This document shows positions 1 to 13,299 of a stretch of 64,000 nt of DNA, piece after piece (the first letter of the stretch is position 1; each line of letters begins with the position of its first letter). The translations under genes and the position numbers were made by a program. Source of the DNA: Podarcis erhardii. Lineage: Eukaryota. The stretch lies in the NCBI GenBank assembly GCA_964252035.1, contig OZ176203.1. One strand, written 5' to 3'. The notes beneath the pieces were generated by a model, which made no database searches, was not told where the DNA came from, and worked only from the letters and a program-made list of their open reading frames with translations.

Positions 1-90
1 CATCAACAAACAAAACGTGTGTACAGATTGTGCTTCCCCAAAGATTGTGCTTCTTCTTTCAACATGGATATAGGATACTACTACACTTGT

Positions 91-253
91 TGTCATGGTC
101 CGGGTTACAGACAGTCGGAGTCCCAGCTCGGTACATCGGGACCGGGATACAGATCAGGAAGCAGGAATCAGCAGTCCAGGGGTCAGGAAGCCAAGAGTCC
201 ATGAATCAGGAAACCAGGAATCAGGAAGCCAAGAGTCTGAGGGTCAGGAAACC
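91..253 (+). mobile_element. Possible truncated LTR-like fragment with short internal repeats
   Basis: Starts tgtcatgg (TG.. terminus), is GC/CpG-richer than its flanks and has recurring caggaa(g/a)ccaagagtc units. No matching 3' end or TSD found. Confidence 0.35.
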
Positions 254-2004
254 ATGAAGTGTGTACTTTCAAAGGAGCATGTTGAATGAGCATGTAATGC
301 AGGGTACTCTCAGATATTGCTGGACTACAGCTCTCATAATCCTGAATGACTGACTGTGCTGGCTGAGGTGTAACAACATTCAGATGACACCAGATTGGCT
401 ACTCTAGACCTAATGCTTTAGGAGGGCTTGGAATCAAATTTATGGAAGCTGTCATGAGAAATTGGCCAGGATATGCTAAGCAGAAAATTATTTTTACCCA
501 GCTCATCTCCACCCAAAAGTATATGAAGAAATAAAATCACCTACAAAAACCTTTTACTTCCAAGCAATATGTATAAGATCAAATTCCTCAAGATTCCCTG
601 GTACTTCTCTTTCTCATCTATTTCTTCTTCCAAAGCTATTCATGCCAAAAGCTTCAGAATCACTGATAGACCTATTCTAAGTTAATTAAAAGGAGGCAAG
701 GTTCATGTACCTTTACTGCGGTGTGGAAGAGGGAATCTCAGTGGGCGTAGCTTTTCTCAACCCTACCTGTCAAGTGACAAGAGTTACCATGATCTGTTCC
801 AAAGAACTATTGAAAGAGTCAAGAATACATTCTTACTTTGTATCTTGGCATCATATCTATTGCTAACTTTTGTACATTAAAGTTAGAAATCTAAAGAGAT
901 GCTTACAACCAAAGTTTTTTATTCACTTCTCCAAGCACGTGAAATGTTCAATTAAAACATCATTCTGTCTAAAGAAAAGATAATTGTGATCTAGATAATG
1001 AAATTCAAAAAGGACCATTTGTATCTGTTGTATCCAGCAAAGTATAGCAAAACAAATCTGCGTTTAACAAATGAAGGAATTAATGGAAATGGAATATGAA
1101 TACATTGGTTTCCCTATACGCTTTATTTCCCTGGAGTTGAATTTGCATTCAGAATATATTAGAAATTTCACTACAAAGATTGTAACATGGAGGACGAATT
1201 GCTAATTTAACATAAATGAATCACACAGTGAGGTTGTCTTCAAAGATTTTACTGGGATGAAAAAGCTACCACCTTAAATGCTTGACAATATCCCTAATAT
1301 ACAGTGAAAAGCCCTACTGTATGGGAATCAGGTATCTGACACAATGTTACCGAAGAGGGAAGAATATAATATACTTCCATGCATGCTCACACGAGATAAA
1401 ATCAATGAGAAGACGAAAAATACTGTTCAATGCTAATCATGTTCTTGGCTCAGTATCGAGAGAGATAAACAACCTGAGCTTCATCATTTTGGTCACAAGG
1501 GACTATAAATGTATGGTATTGTTGTCATAATATCTCACGTCCTAATTCACTTGTTGTTGATTAAATCATAAATAAAATATAAAGTTATCAAAAATCTATA
1601 TTACTTTCAGCCACAAGAAAAAAAATCACATCACAGGAATTCTAAATCACAAAATAGAGTATTTATTTCCATTAGTTTTGCTAAGCATTCAAAGACAGGC
1701 CTGCCCTCTTGCCTAATTTTTTTCCTGTTAACTATCCAAAGGTGTGCATTTGATTGATCCATGACCACCTGGAAAATGCAGCCATTTTTCTCTGCAGGCC
1801 ACATTTCCAAACAACATGTTTAAACCCGGGCAATGTTAGAAAGCAGTTACAGGCATGGATAGCTACTGGTGAATAAATACTGTAGATGGGAAAGCAGACT
1901 AGAGAAGATTGAGGAATTTTATCTTTTTGAACTTTGAAAATAATTTTTAGAACAGATTTATAGACCGCTCCCCATGGAGGATGAACCAACTCCCATGAGA
2001 TGTG

Positions 2005-2120
2005 GTAGAGGTTGGGGGCCATCTGCCATACATGATTTAGTTAAGATTCTTGCATTGAAGTGAGTTGAACTAGATGACGCTTGTAATCCCTTCCAACTTT
2101 ACAATCCTATGATTCTTTGA
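2005..2120 (+). mobile_element. CR1 LINE 3' end fragment
   Basis: Ends ...gaactagatgacgcttgtaatcccttccaactttacaatcctatgattct, resembling the CR1 3' terminus with its ATTCTRTG-type repeat. Confidence 0.55.
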
Positions 2121-2864
2121 AATCTATATGCATAAAGTAATCATAGATGATACATTGTTCTGATTAGGAGATTTCTGATGACTGGCATTTTTAGGAAGTT
2201 ACAGAGCTTTCTTTTATAACTGCTAATCTTCACTTACCATATAGGATGTTCAAACTTATCTGAACAATTAGTTCATATGTGCAACATTTTCCTTGAGGTG
2301 TTCAGGTGGCTATTAATGGCTTTCTTTTTAACCAATAAATATCATTTTTCTTCCGTGTTTAAGAATTTGGAACACTATAGCATAACTTCTTCTCCAGTAT
2401 ATTACTTAGTCCACTCATTTGCCATGCTCTAATAGAAGTAGTAGTGGTGACTTGTAAGGTGAATTATCTAAAAGATATAGAATGCAAAAGTAGATTATTC
2501 CGAACTAGTATTGTCCTTGCACTTGATAACAGTCAAGTTAATTGCTTAAGAGAGCTGGGATGTCTTCTAGCCAAAAAGTAACACTGGAAAGTAATTGGCA
2601 CATTAGGCTGGGCTGCTGGAGGCAAAGGGTTTTAATGGATTCAAGGGGGGAAAGTCTCAAGGAAAGAAAGGAACAAATGAACAGTTGGTACAAATCATAG
2701 GAAAAGACTATTCAGCAAGATGGAATTACATCAAGCAGAATGTGTGAAATAAATTAAAGGTCATAAAAAGACCTTTTGAAGCAAATAGTGGGGAGGGGAA
2801 AGAGTGTAGAATATGCTTTTAGATGACTGCATAAGAAAGTGAAAGCTGAATTATTATTGGGCTA

Positions 2865-2961
2865 CATCATCATCATCATCATTTATTAAATTTGTATACT
2901 GACCTTCATCAGTAGATCTCAGAGTGGTTCATAGCATAAAAATGCAAGATAAAAACACAAA

Positions 2962-2994
<33 letters not shown>

Positions 2995-3085
2995 GAAGAA
3001 ACCAAACCAATGACCTCTCCCTCCCCACAAACACATTTTAAAGGGTATAGGATGTCAGTCAGCCAAAGGCCTGGTTGAAGATGAA
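2865..3085 (-). mobile_element. Degenerate L2-type LINE 3' tail with (CAT)n and (CA)n
   Basis: tttattaaatttgtatac...ctcagagtggttc...cagccaaaggcctgg. A related copy lies at ~53505-53700. Confidence 0.45.
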
Positions 3086-3431
3086 GCTTGGTGACCATGG
3101 CTGAAGCTTGAAGAGCACTGAGGCACTGAGGACAGAACCAATCACTCCAAGAATCATGGATCTGTCACCAAAACAGCAGCCCCATCACTAGTTCACCTCT
3201 CTACTGTGATGTTCAATGGTGTGTTTTTCTGGCCCTGCGTTTATGAAAGCCTCCCATTCCTAATACTTCTGAATATTCTACATATGTGTCCAGACTTCAT
3301 TTCACTATCACCAATTAGGACCTAACTAATTCACTGTGCATGTGATCAAGCAGTGCTAAAATGGAATGTATGGGGAGGAAACAGACCAATACTTTTCATG
3401 CATTGTGCACAGACGCTTCCATACATACATC

Positions 3432-3666
3432 TAGGGTTACCACGTGTCCGGAATATCCTGGACATATCCATAATACTGCTGTCTCTAGCAGTGTCTGGGC
3501 AAAAATCCGTAAAAATGCTTTTCAGGGGGAATCCGGATGTATGGCAGCCCATGGCAGCAGTGCCATTTTTGCTGATTTAGAAATAGAAAGAAAAGGAAGC
3601 AAAGAAAAGAAAAAGCTCAACAACTTTTCTGTCCAGATTTTCACTCTTTGAAATATGGCAACCCTA
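3432..3666. mobile_element. hAT-like MITE
   Basis: Terminal inverted repeats tagggttacca ... tggcaacccta. An 8-bp TSD is not preserved. Confidence 0.5.
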
Positions 3667-3730
3667 ATATACCCCAATGCTTGTAGGTCCTAGTCACTAA
3701 ATATACAGTCTCCATTTTCACCTGATGCAG

Positions 3731-3760
3731 GTCATGAATTTAAAGTCTGCGTATATTGAG
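3731..3760 (+). other. Candidate 30-nt microexon (VMNLKSAYIE)
   Basis: ctccattttcacctgatgcag|GTCATGAATTTAAAGTCTGCGTATATTGAG|gtatgt. Frame-preserving and open in phase 0. Host gene not recognised. Confidence 0.25.
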
Positions 3761-4852
3761 GTATGTGCTGGACACCGTACACACATTCCAATCAAAATAT
3801 CACACTCTTCAACTGTTCCAAAAATGCCACGGCCATCACAAAAACTGTGGAGGAATCATGGATAATTACTTTGTTGCAGAGAGTCCCGATCTAAGCTTCT
3901 CTTAAAGGGGCAATAGGCTTGCAGCTAGCTTGCTGTTCTAGTGTAGCTGCAGTTTTGCCCATGGCCCCTTTAGGAGTAGCTTGGCTCCCTGTCTTCACCA
4001 TGTGGGAAAAGTGCAGCTGACAGAGAGTTCAAATAGCCTCTGTATCGTAGCCACGTCATGTCAAGCAGCCCTCCACTTTTCCAGGGACGCAGTCTGTGAA
4101 TTGTAGAACAGTCACAGCCTATTTTAGGAGAGTGTTTAATTGAGTGGAAATATAAACCAGAGAAGATCATGAAGCTACATCCACACAGGGGAAGAACGGG
4201 AACAATAATAATTAACCTCCTTTTATGTAGAGCCTTTGAATGTAGGACACAGGAGGACAAAAGTTTCCAATGAGCAGCCTGATCCACAACCCAGTTATTT
4301 CAAAGAACTTGGATTTAATCCAAATTGGTTCCAGTAACTTGCATGGGAATTAGCTTAATTCCAAGTTCTTCAGCTTACCTGGATATTGGGTTATGCTGCA
4401 TGTGAGCAGGAATAATTTCTCTTCAGCTATGTTTGGACTACAGCCACTGTGCTAGAATTTAGATGTATAATTTCAAAGGCCAAATTGTCACTTGAGTGCC
4501 TCATTTCAACGGAAAGATAATGTGAGGCAGGAGACTAACAATAAGGGCTGCAAAATGTAATTGAGACTAGAGGCAAAACTTAATTACCTAGCTTGGAATT
4601 GGACCAAGGCATCAGTGATTAATACTCCACTCATACAGGAACCACTATAGAGATCTACAATCGCCACACCACACCAACAGAATCCATAGCAAAAGTGTTG
4701 GGATATTAGTTTAACACTTCCTCATGGAGGCATTAAAGTAATGAGCGCTAAACAACTGCAACCATTTCTTGGAACATGTCAGCCTTCCATATGAGTTTCC
4801 TAGCAAACTGTTTTGGTGAAAATTAATGGTGATGCAATGATTGCCATCAAGA

Positions 4853-4970
4853 AGGGTCATTGTTCAGTGGTAGAACAATGCATAACAACTTTGCATGCAT
4901 AAGGTCCCAGGTTCAATTCCTGGTATCTCCAGCTAGGGATGGTAGAGACCCTTGTTTGAAACCCTGGATT
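4853..4970 (+). mobile_element. tRNA(Ala-like)-derived SINE, degenerate
   Basis: A-box-like cagtggtagaac and B-box-like ggttcaattcc in ttgcatgcataaggtcccaggttcaattcctggtatctccag. Confidence 0.55.
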
Positions 4971-5625
4971 CTCCCTTACTTGTGAGTATAACTCCTGAAC
5001 AGATCTTTGTTAATGCATATTTTAGGTCACATTAGAGTGCACCAATACATTGAGTAAGCGCAAGCTGCTGTCTACCCTGTGCTTGCTGCAGTTCATGGAA
5101 AACCTGTGGCAAATTATTGCTAGATGAAAAAGTGAGAATGAGATATACATTCTCTATTGTCTTTGACATTATAAAACAATTTCAAGGAAGCATTTAGGAC
5201 AGAAAGCTACATCACTTATCATAGCGAAGGAAAAGAATAATAAACAATCATCTCAAGAAGGAATTGTAAGAATAATGAGACAACTGGATAACACAATCCA
5301 CTGCCCCGACATCAGATAAATGCAGATGTGGCGTGCCATATGTTACAGAGCCATCTCACTATGAAATGACTGATTACCTGCATGATTCATCCACAATCAA
5401 TCCCCAATCTGATGGTAGGATGGGGAGCATAAAACCAAACAGACTCCTAAGGAGCAAACAATTCAACCACTATTGAAGAAAAATAAATGACTTTGTAGCA
5501 GAATGTTGCTCTGGCTGATTTATATTTGTCTTTTAGATATAAAAACGGCATAAAAAATGTTCCTATTGAAAAGTTACATCCCTCCCATGTTACTTCTATA
5601 GCACTATTCCTTGGGTCACTAAATA

Positions 5626-5833
5626 CAGTGGTACCTCGGGTTAAGTACTTAATTCGTTCCGGAGGTCCGTTCTTAACCTGAAACTGTTCTTAACCTGAAG
5701 CACCACTTTAGGTAATGGGGCCTCCCACTGCTGCCACACTGCCTTCTTAACCTGAAGCACTATTTCTGGGTTAGCGGAGTCTGTAACCTGAAACGTATGT
5801 AACCTGAAGCATATGTAACCCGAGGTATCACTG
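5626..5833. mobile_element. Tc1/mariner (Tigger-like) MITE
   Basis: TIR cagtggtacctcggg ... cccgaggtatcactg with TA on both sides. Same family as 27211-27385 and 59077-59286, in opposite orientation. Confidence 0.85.
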
Positions 5834-6062
5834 TAAAGTGCCAGGGCACAGTTACACAATCATCTGGGTGCCTAGTGGTTGAGGGCTACCCTCCACATGT
5901 TGACTTCCAGCTTGAGCTGGGGGGGGGGAGGAGGAGAAGAGAACTTCAATTTACTTCACATTTAAAGGCAAACCTACCTGATTCATAGTTCCCTTTTAAT
6001 TCATGCTTTTCTGGATTTTGCAGGGTAGTTCTCTTACCAAGTAAAGTGTACAGAAATACAAA

Positions 6063-6445
6063 GGGACACAGGTGGCGCTGTGGTCTAACTGACTGAACCT
6101 CTTGGGCTTGCTGATTGGAAGTTCAGCAGTTTGAATCTGCACGATGGGGTGAGCTCCTGTTCCTCTGTCCCATCTTCTGCCAACCTAGCTGTTAGAAAGC
6201 ACACCAGTGCAAGTAGATAAATAGGTACCACTGTGGTGGGGAGGTAAACAGCATTTCTGTGCGCTCTGTCTTCTGTCATGGTGTTCCATTGCACCAAAAG
6301 CAGTTTAGTCATGCTGGCCACATGACCCAGAAAGCTGTCTGTGGACAAATGCCGGCTCCCTCAGCCAGAAGCAAAATGAGCACCCCACCCCATAGTTGCC
6401 TTTGACTGGATTTAACCATCCAGGTGTCCTTTACCTTTTACCTTA
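6063..6445 (+). mobile_element. Sauria SINE
   Basis: Head gggacacaggtggcgctgtgg, core gtgcaagtagataaataggtacc, (accttt)n tail. Confidence 0.85.
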
Positions 6446-6459
6446 AAGGAATACATGTA

Positions 6460-6710
6460 CAGTTGTACCTTGGATCCCAAACGCCTTGGTACTCAGACGT
6501 TTTGGCTCCGAAATGCTGCAAACCCAGAAATGAATGTTCTGGTTTGCTAACGTTCTTTGGAACCTGAACGTCCGACAGGGATTCTGCAGCTTCCGATTGA
6601 GTGCAGGAAGCTCCTGCAGCCAATCAGAAGCTGTGCTTTAGTTTTCAAACGTTTTCAGAAGTCAAACGGACTTCAGGAACGGATTCTGTTCGAGAACCGA
6701 GGTACGACTG
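6460..6710. mobile_element. Tc1/mariner MITE (second family)
   Basis: TIR cagttgtaccttgg ... ccgaggtacgactg, flanked by TA. Confidence 0.75.
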
Positions 6711-9700
6711 TACTTGGAGGAAATGTGCATGAAAAGTACACGCAAAAATGCATCACATGATGGGAAATTGCTTTGCAAAATGTTTAAATGATGCAATATT
6801 CCATACAGAAATTGATATATATGGGGGGGGCGGCGGATTGCACTCGAATACTGACTTTCGTGGTGACTGGTGTTTTTTAAAAAAAATCTGCAAACTGATT
6901 TTGAAATGTGAAGAACTGAACTTAAGAGCTAAAAAAAAAAAATGAAACAGAAACTGAAAATGACAGATTCACCCATCCCTGCCTACATGCTGTGATGAAC
7001 CCATAATTGGCACCTACTACTATGTACAGCTTCCGGAATGTAAGTTAGACCTACAACAAAATGTTGCAATGTGGAGTGGACCAGCTCAGTATTCCAACCA
7101 GTGAGGCATATTCCATTCCATTCCCTGATTTTTATTTCCACCAATTCCTAATAAATGCTGAGTATTCTGTGCCCAGCGAGTATGCTCAATACTCTTAGGA
7201 CTGTTGGGGGACATGGGGGGGGGGGTTGTGCTTTGTTTCTTGAGGTTTCTGTAAACATGCAGATACAGCCTTTATTGTACATGAGTGATACTATTTTGTT
7301 TTCATAAGAATCCACACTCGCTCCAAACAAATCTTGAACATACTGAGCAGCACACAGAACCAACCTGCCATAGTTTGGCACCTGCATTCAGCTTTTGCAC
7401 CTGCTTCTCTCATGACTAGAGGCTGTGAAAACTTGTCATTTCCAACAAATACTGTAATAGTGTGTAGTAAAATGCCATTAAATATACTGATACGTCTGGC
7501 ACTATTTCAGCAAAATGTGAATCCCCCAAAGCAGACGAAAACTGAGGAATTTAAAACCAGGATTGACCTTTGTAGGCCTCCTCATATAGCCATTTCCCAC
7601 TTCGCTGATATCTTGCTACAGAATTAACTAGAAATGTGGAAAGGAAGCAATAATCTACTCCAAAAGTGGGGTAGGGAAGATACATGCCGCACACAGCTTT
7701 GTACAATACACCACATGTGGGATTGGGCCACCTGTACTGATCCTGCAATTTTCCAATTGGATCAGAAGGGATCAATGTAGGGCTCATCACATTTGCTGCA
7801 TAGGTATTGAAGCCTGGTTGGGTTGCATCCGAGGCCAGGCAAAAGCCTGTGCAGATAAAGTTGGAATTATTCGTCTCATTTTTCACTGCTAGCATTGCTT
7901 AAAAGAGGGAGTTAAAGATTTATTCCTAGACAGTGCTGTAACTCAGTGATTATTAGTCATAGATAGAAAGGGGGGGTGTAGTCCTTTGCGTTATAGTCTT
8001 TCCTTACTTTTAATCGCAATTCTTTTTCAGATTACTAGACCATAGTTTACACATAGGTTTAAAATCGTATTATACACATCAGCTTTGCTTCTGACTGCAA
8101 GGCTGCTTTCCTTTCTTTCAGCGCAAGCAATTGCTGCCTCAAAGTGAGTGGCTTTTGTGAAGAATGACATGCACTTGACAGATTTTTCTCATCCATTTTT
8201 ATCAAGAGCTCCAAGAAGACCTTTTATCCTTCCATAGTCCCTCGAAATGCCTTCAAGCTCAGCTCAAATTCCAGCTCATTGATGTGCATGCCATTCTATG
8301 CTTGAGACACACATTTTTTTTTTATTGGGGGAGTCAACAGAAACCACTGAAGCAAATAGACTTGTTTCTGCCCTCTCCATTAGGCCTTATCCAGGAAATA
8401 TATCAAAGCATGCCCCACTTGCATACATAGCAGATTGAGGGTAGTTTTTTCTGCAGGCCATGGGAACATAGCCTTTTCAAGTGAGGCGTGTGTGCCAAAT
8501 TTGCCAATTTTAAAATAATTATAGGTAGCTTGGGTGGGAAAGCACATTGTCTTGTGCTAAATTTCACAGCAGGAGGACCTGTTTCCAAAGCAGGGATAAG
8601 GGAAGCTGTGACCCTCCAAATATTGTTGGCCTTTCTTCTTCCCTGACCATTCACCATGCTGACGGGAATTGGAGTCTGGGCTTGCTTTTGCACCTCTTCC
8701 CTTCCAATTCCTTTTCCTTTTGTGTCATGTCTTTTAGATTTCACACCTAAGGGCAGGAGCCATCTTCTTACTGATTGTGGGGAATGTTTTCAGCTATAGA
8801 GCAGGGTAAAAGTCTATAAACAAACAGAGATTAATCCAAATTTAACATGCCATTGCATTACCCCAGTTATACCTGCAGTTTCCTAGATCTCATCAATCTG
8901 AACAAAGGAGGGATTGTGATTCCATACCACAGGACTGTACATTGTGCCATATATTAGCTGTTGCCTGAACCAACTTTATGCAGAATTTGTACAGTAGCGT
9001 GCTACCAGTCAACAAAGCCCCATGCCTTGTATTTTTCACCTGTAGCTCTCATTACAGCTGATCGCATGTTTATATACTGAAAGACTGGGCTCTGTCATCA
9101 TTTTGAAAAGTTATGATTTCTTTACCTATAAAAGAAATTGCTTATTCATAACCAGGAATAGAATTGTTTCACTCCAAAAGCAATTTTAGTCCGCATTGCA
9201 TTGAACTGTAATTAAAGATTTATGATACTATTAAAGGGTAATGTTGTAGTTAATCCTTAATAATGAAACACCTCATAAAGGTTTGGTGTTACATACAAAG
9301 CTGACTGCAATTGACAAGTTCTGCAAAAAATATTTATTGTATATTCTCAGTGTCAGCAAAGATTGTACTGTTACTGTTCCCTCTTGAATAATATTCAATG
9401 GAACTGTGGATTTAATTGAGCAACCTTGAGATATAATATATATTATGCATGATGAAGATACATTTCTATAAAGATGTCTAAAGGGCAGATTCATTTATTG
9501 CCAAAGTGAATAATAGCACTGCATCCAGACATAACATCCCTATAAGAACTCCATCAGTAAAGGTGGAAAATTGTAGTCTATTATTCCTTTGCATTGGCTA
9601 CCTCACTCTGTAGCCAATTTGGCAGCAATACTGACAATGTTTCTGGAGGACAGCTTCTGGCACACCAAGTCAGAAAGGGCAAAAATTGTACTGCAACAAT

Positions 9701-12700
9701 GGCATCCTAGCTAGAAATGTCGGAGAATTCAGATGAAAACAGGAACCGGAACAGAAATTCCTGATGTTCATTTCTTTGTCCCATGCCCAGAATGGAAAAC
9801 AATCCGCTAGCCAAAGGGTACATAATTGGTTATAGGTTCCCCCCACCCCCATTTGTATTGAATAAAATGGTGTGGAATAAAATAAGGACAATGTAACTTA
9901 TGTGATTTGTGTAGTTAATTATTTAAGTTCCATTATTTTGCTGCTGCAGACAGTGAGATGCATAACATAGTCTTTGGTAGAAGAAGAAGTGCAGTAGAAT
10001 GGAAACAGTGCTGTGTGGGCCAAATACAGTGCAGAATGGGAAATGATGCCTCCTTACATCCAAAATCTTATATGGGGAGTAGGGTCTGGCTTTTGGCCTG
10101 CCACTGTGCTGGTCCTGATGCCATGGTCCCTGGGACATATAATTTCCAGTGTGCCTGAAAGAAGAGGCACCTGGGCGAAATTGCATTTCTCAGGGTCCCT
10201 GCTAATTCTGGTGCTGCTGTACTGGAGTTTCAGCAAACACCAGGTAGGAAGCCTGGGAATAATCCAAGGAGATCCTCACATCACTGCTAAATTTTGTCTT
10301 GGAATAAATCAGATTATTTTACTTTTGAAGATAGCTTTTTGACCCCAACTCTAAGTCAAGAGGCTGGTGGCAGTGGTGATAATGGGGTTTCTATCAAGTA
10401 TGTTAAAGATGAAAGTAGCCGGATATTTGTAGTGTCTGGATCAAATAAGTTCTTCTTATTACATTCATAAATATGTCTGTGAATTGTATCTGAAATCTGA
10501 TAAAGGAATATATCTTGCTTCTGTCATCTGGGCTGATTCAGAGGGCACACTTAATGGTATGAATAAAAAAATATGGAAAAATGAGTCTCCGTTACTTAAT
10601 TGTTCATACAATGGGGCAAGATATGGCTGCTGACGAATGTAATTTAATTTAAACAAGTCTAAGAATTCAAAGGCTCTTTCAACTTGCAGGCATTATTTGT
10701 CATCCCATCAGAGGCCAAAATGGTGTCTTAACAGCTCTTCTAAAGAATTCATTGAATAGTGGAATACGTTGCTGACAATGCACAATGTGATTTTGGAAAG
10801 TGCTAAAATGTTACTTTGAAGCAGAAAGAGAGTGAAAGATAGTGTGTGAGGAAGAGCATATCTAGATCAGAGCCAATTCAAACAAAAACAACAACAAAAA
10901 ACAAGGCAAAATGTAGTACAACAGCCTTTAGGTCTCCCTACCACCCCAGAAACAGTTACAGAGGGCTGCTCATTTGGAAACTTACATATCTAGGAGAATG
11001 TGTTGACAATCTTAGCTTTTGAAAGCCTTGGGAATTTGCAACCCGTTGCCATATTGCAAACTATTCTTTTACAGGCATTTTAAAGCACTAGTAGCTCACA
11101 CATAGACCATGAAAAGCAAGGGTGGGAAAGTCATTTCACCTCGGGCTGCATTCATTTATAGGCAACCTTCTGCCAGCAGTTGGGATGGAGGCAGAGGCAA
11201 AAAAGGGGCAGAGGAATAAATGCAAATTTTTACCTTTGTACATGGGCTCACACATCTCTCCCTTTCCTCCATCTAGGGAAGCAAGAGGCATTATCAGTGT
11301 TCAGGACACATTCCAGCCAGGCAAACACAGTGACAGATGGTTGCTGTTGTTTTTCACATATTTTTCAATGGGAGGTATTTGACTGTGGAAGGAATCTTCC
11401 AGTGGGATTTTTCATTAAGTACAAATAACATCTTCTGAGAAGCTACATACATTAGGACCTTAACATGAGGAAGAGTTAAACCTTCTCCTATCAGCTGCAA
11501 TTTCATTCATTGCCAATCTTCTCCACCTACCCTGCTTGTGGTTGCTGCACAAAATATGCAAAGAGGCATTTAATGTCATGTGCAGTTTGACCACCACTCT
11601 GCTGTGGTGGTGTGACGCATATCACCAGCCTAATACTAAAGGCAATGGCATTGTACTAGCACAACTTTTTTTATACCCGGTGTTCGAAACTCCCATTGTT
11701 CTAGGCACATTTTGTGACAGGAAATTTCATTAGCACAAGCAGTTTCTGAGCTCTGGGTGCAGTAGTGCACCTGAGATTTCAGATTAAAACTGCAGAGTGG
11801 AAGAAAAGGAGGACCCTTTTCTGCTTCCCCACTTCCAGCTACTCTCTGAAGACTGGAGAAGAGACCCTCTGAAGAATTTTAGGGGGTGGGCAGGGGAAGG
11901 ACTGGATCATGTGAGAAATGAACTTAATATTTTAGCTGCAGTTCATTCATTTTCAGCTTTGTATACTTGTTATGTAAAAATGTGTGCCTCAACATTCCAT
12001 TGTTGCACCCATAACCTAGGTTTAAGGTGCCATTTAGCTCCTAGCTTTCATATCTCAGTTTCTAACACTGGTTACACCTTACCCTCAACATTGTGTGAAT
12101 TTATAGCAGTTTATATAATCAGACCCTACAAGGACTTCCCTTTTAATGTCCTTCCCTTGTGCCTGAACTCTCACCTCATTTTCCTGGTATTTCTCCCCAT
12201 AAACTCCACCCACAGCTTGATAATAACATGATAAGGGGACATCATTGGCAGAAGTAAGAGGTGAACCTATGGTTTTGACTCTGAGTACCAAGATATCTAA
12301 TAGAAATGTCTAAGAGGAAGTGTTTCTTGTTAGAATTCTGTTTACAATTGGACGGGGCAGAATCCCAGAAGCTTTTCTCTAGGGAATGGTTTCAACAAAG
12401 GATTGTTTATTATGTTTAGCCTACTTTTCACTGTTGATATATTTTGCCAATTAAAGGCGGTTTTAGAAAGTTCTTTTTCAAGCTTGTGAGCAGTGTGCCG
12501 CTACACCTCATGGAAATAAATAGGATGCACTTGAGTAAAATGCACTGTGGTGTAAGAAAAAGCTCAGCAATAAACAAGCACCTCTTATTTTAAGTCATCA
12601 GTTTGCCCCCACGGTTATTTCACCCCATGATATCAATAAGCTGTATGCATTCATTGACAAAACAAAGACCCTACGGTGCATGGGGCAATCTGATTGCCCA

Positions 12701-13299
12701 TAGTCTTAAGATGCAGAATAAAAATGAATGCAAATGAGGATGTGCTGATTTTCACAGTGGGTCAGAGACAACACCTATGCACTGTAATCAGCAATCAGAG
12801 GACAACCACTAGTGTTGCTACATCACTGCAGAAGCAACAGTCAAGTTGACTGGCATTCCAACACCTTAACCGCTGCTTGAAACATGGTGTTCATATGTGG
12901 CGCACTTTTATTTCCATCCGTGGTTTAGAGCTTGCATGCCAAAGGTTGCTTGCTCTTTTTTGTGAAAGAAAAAAAATCACTTCAAGCCATCAGGATGGAA
13001 TGCCAGTTAGGCTAAGTAAGCATAACTATTCAAAGTAAAAAAAACAAAAACAAAACCCCAACTAATTAAAAATATTCATAAGCAGCAATTAAAAGTCCAA
13101 TGTCCACCTAAACACCCTAAATACAATTAAAATTCAAGCCAAGACTCCTGAAGAGAGCAAAAGGAAACAGTCATGTGGCTCCCATCTGATAAGCTTCTGC
13201 AGCCTAGTGATTTACAGCATAATCTTAACCATGTCTATTCAAACTTAAATCCCATTGAATTCAACGAGCCCTTCCAAAAGGGTGTGAAAGAATGTGGTG

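Noticed and set aside
4853-4970. tRNA-like heads here and at 20030, 27710 and 50297 as possible tRNA genes
   Set aside because: Cloverleafs are degenerate and followed by LINE-derived tails, so they are SINEs.
7551-7895. 114-aa minus-strand ORF with a plausible acceptor near 7853
   Set aside because: No good donor, no recognisable homology and no phase-coherent chain with other candidates. ORFs of this length occur by chance in 64 kb.
10465-10658. Minus-strand ORF or possible 63-nt exon (DLFKLNYIRQQPYLAPLYEQL)
   Set aside because: Weak splice sites and an unrecognised peptide.
11797-12231. 144-aa plus-strand ORF (TTG/GTG-type start)
   Set aside because: Non-ATG start, no motif and no splice support.
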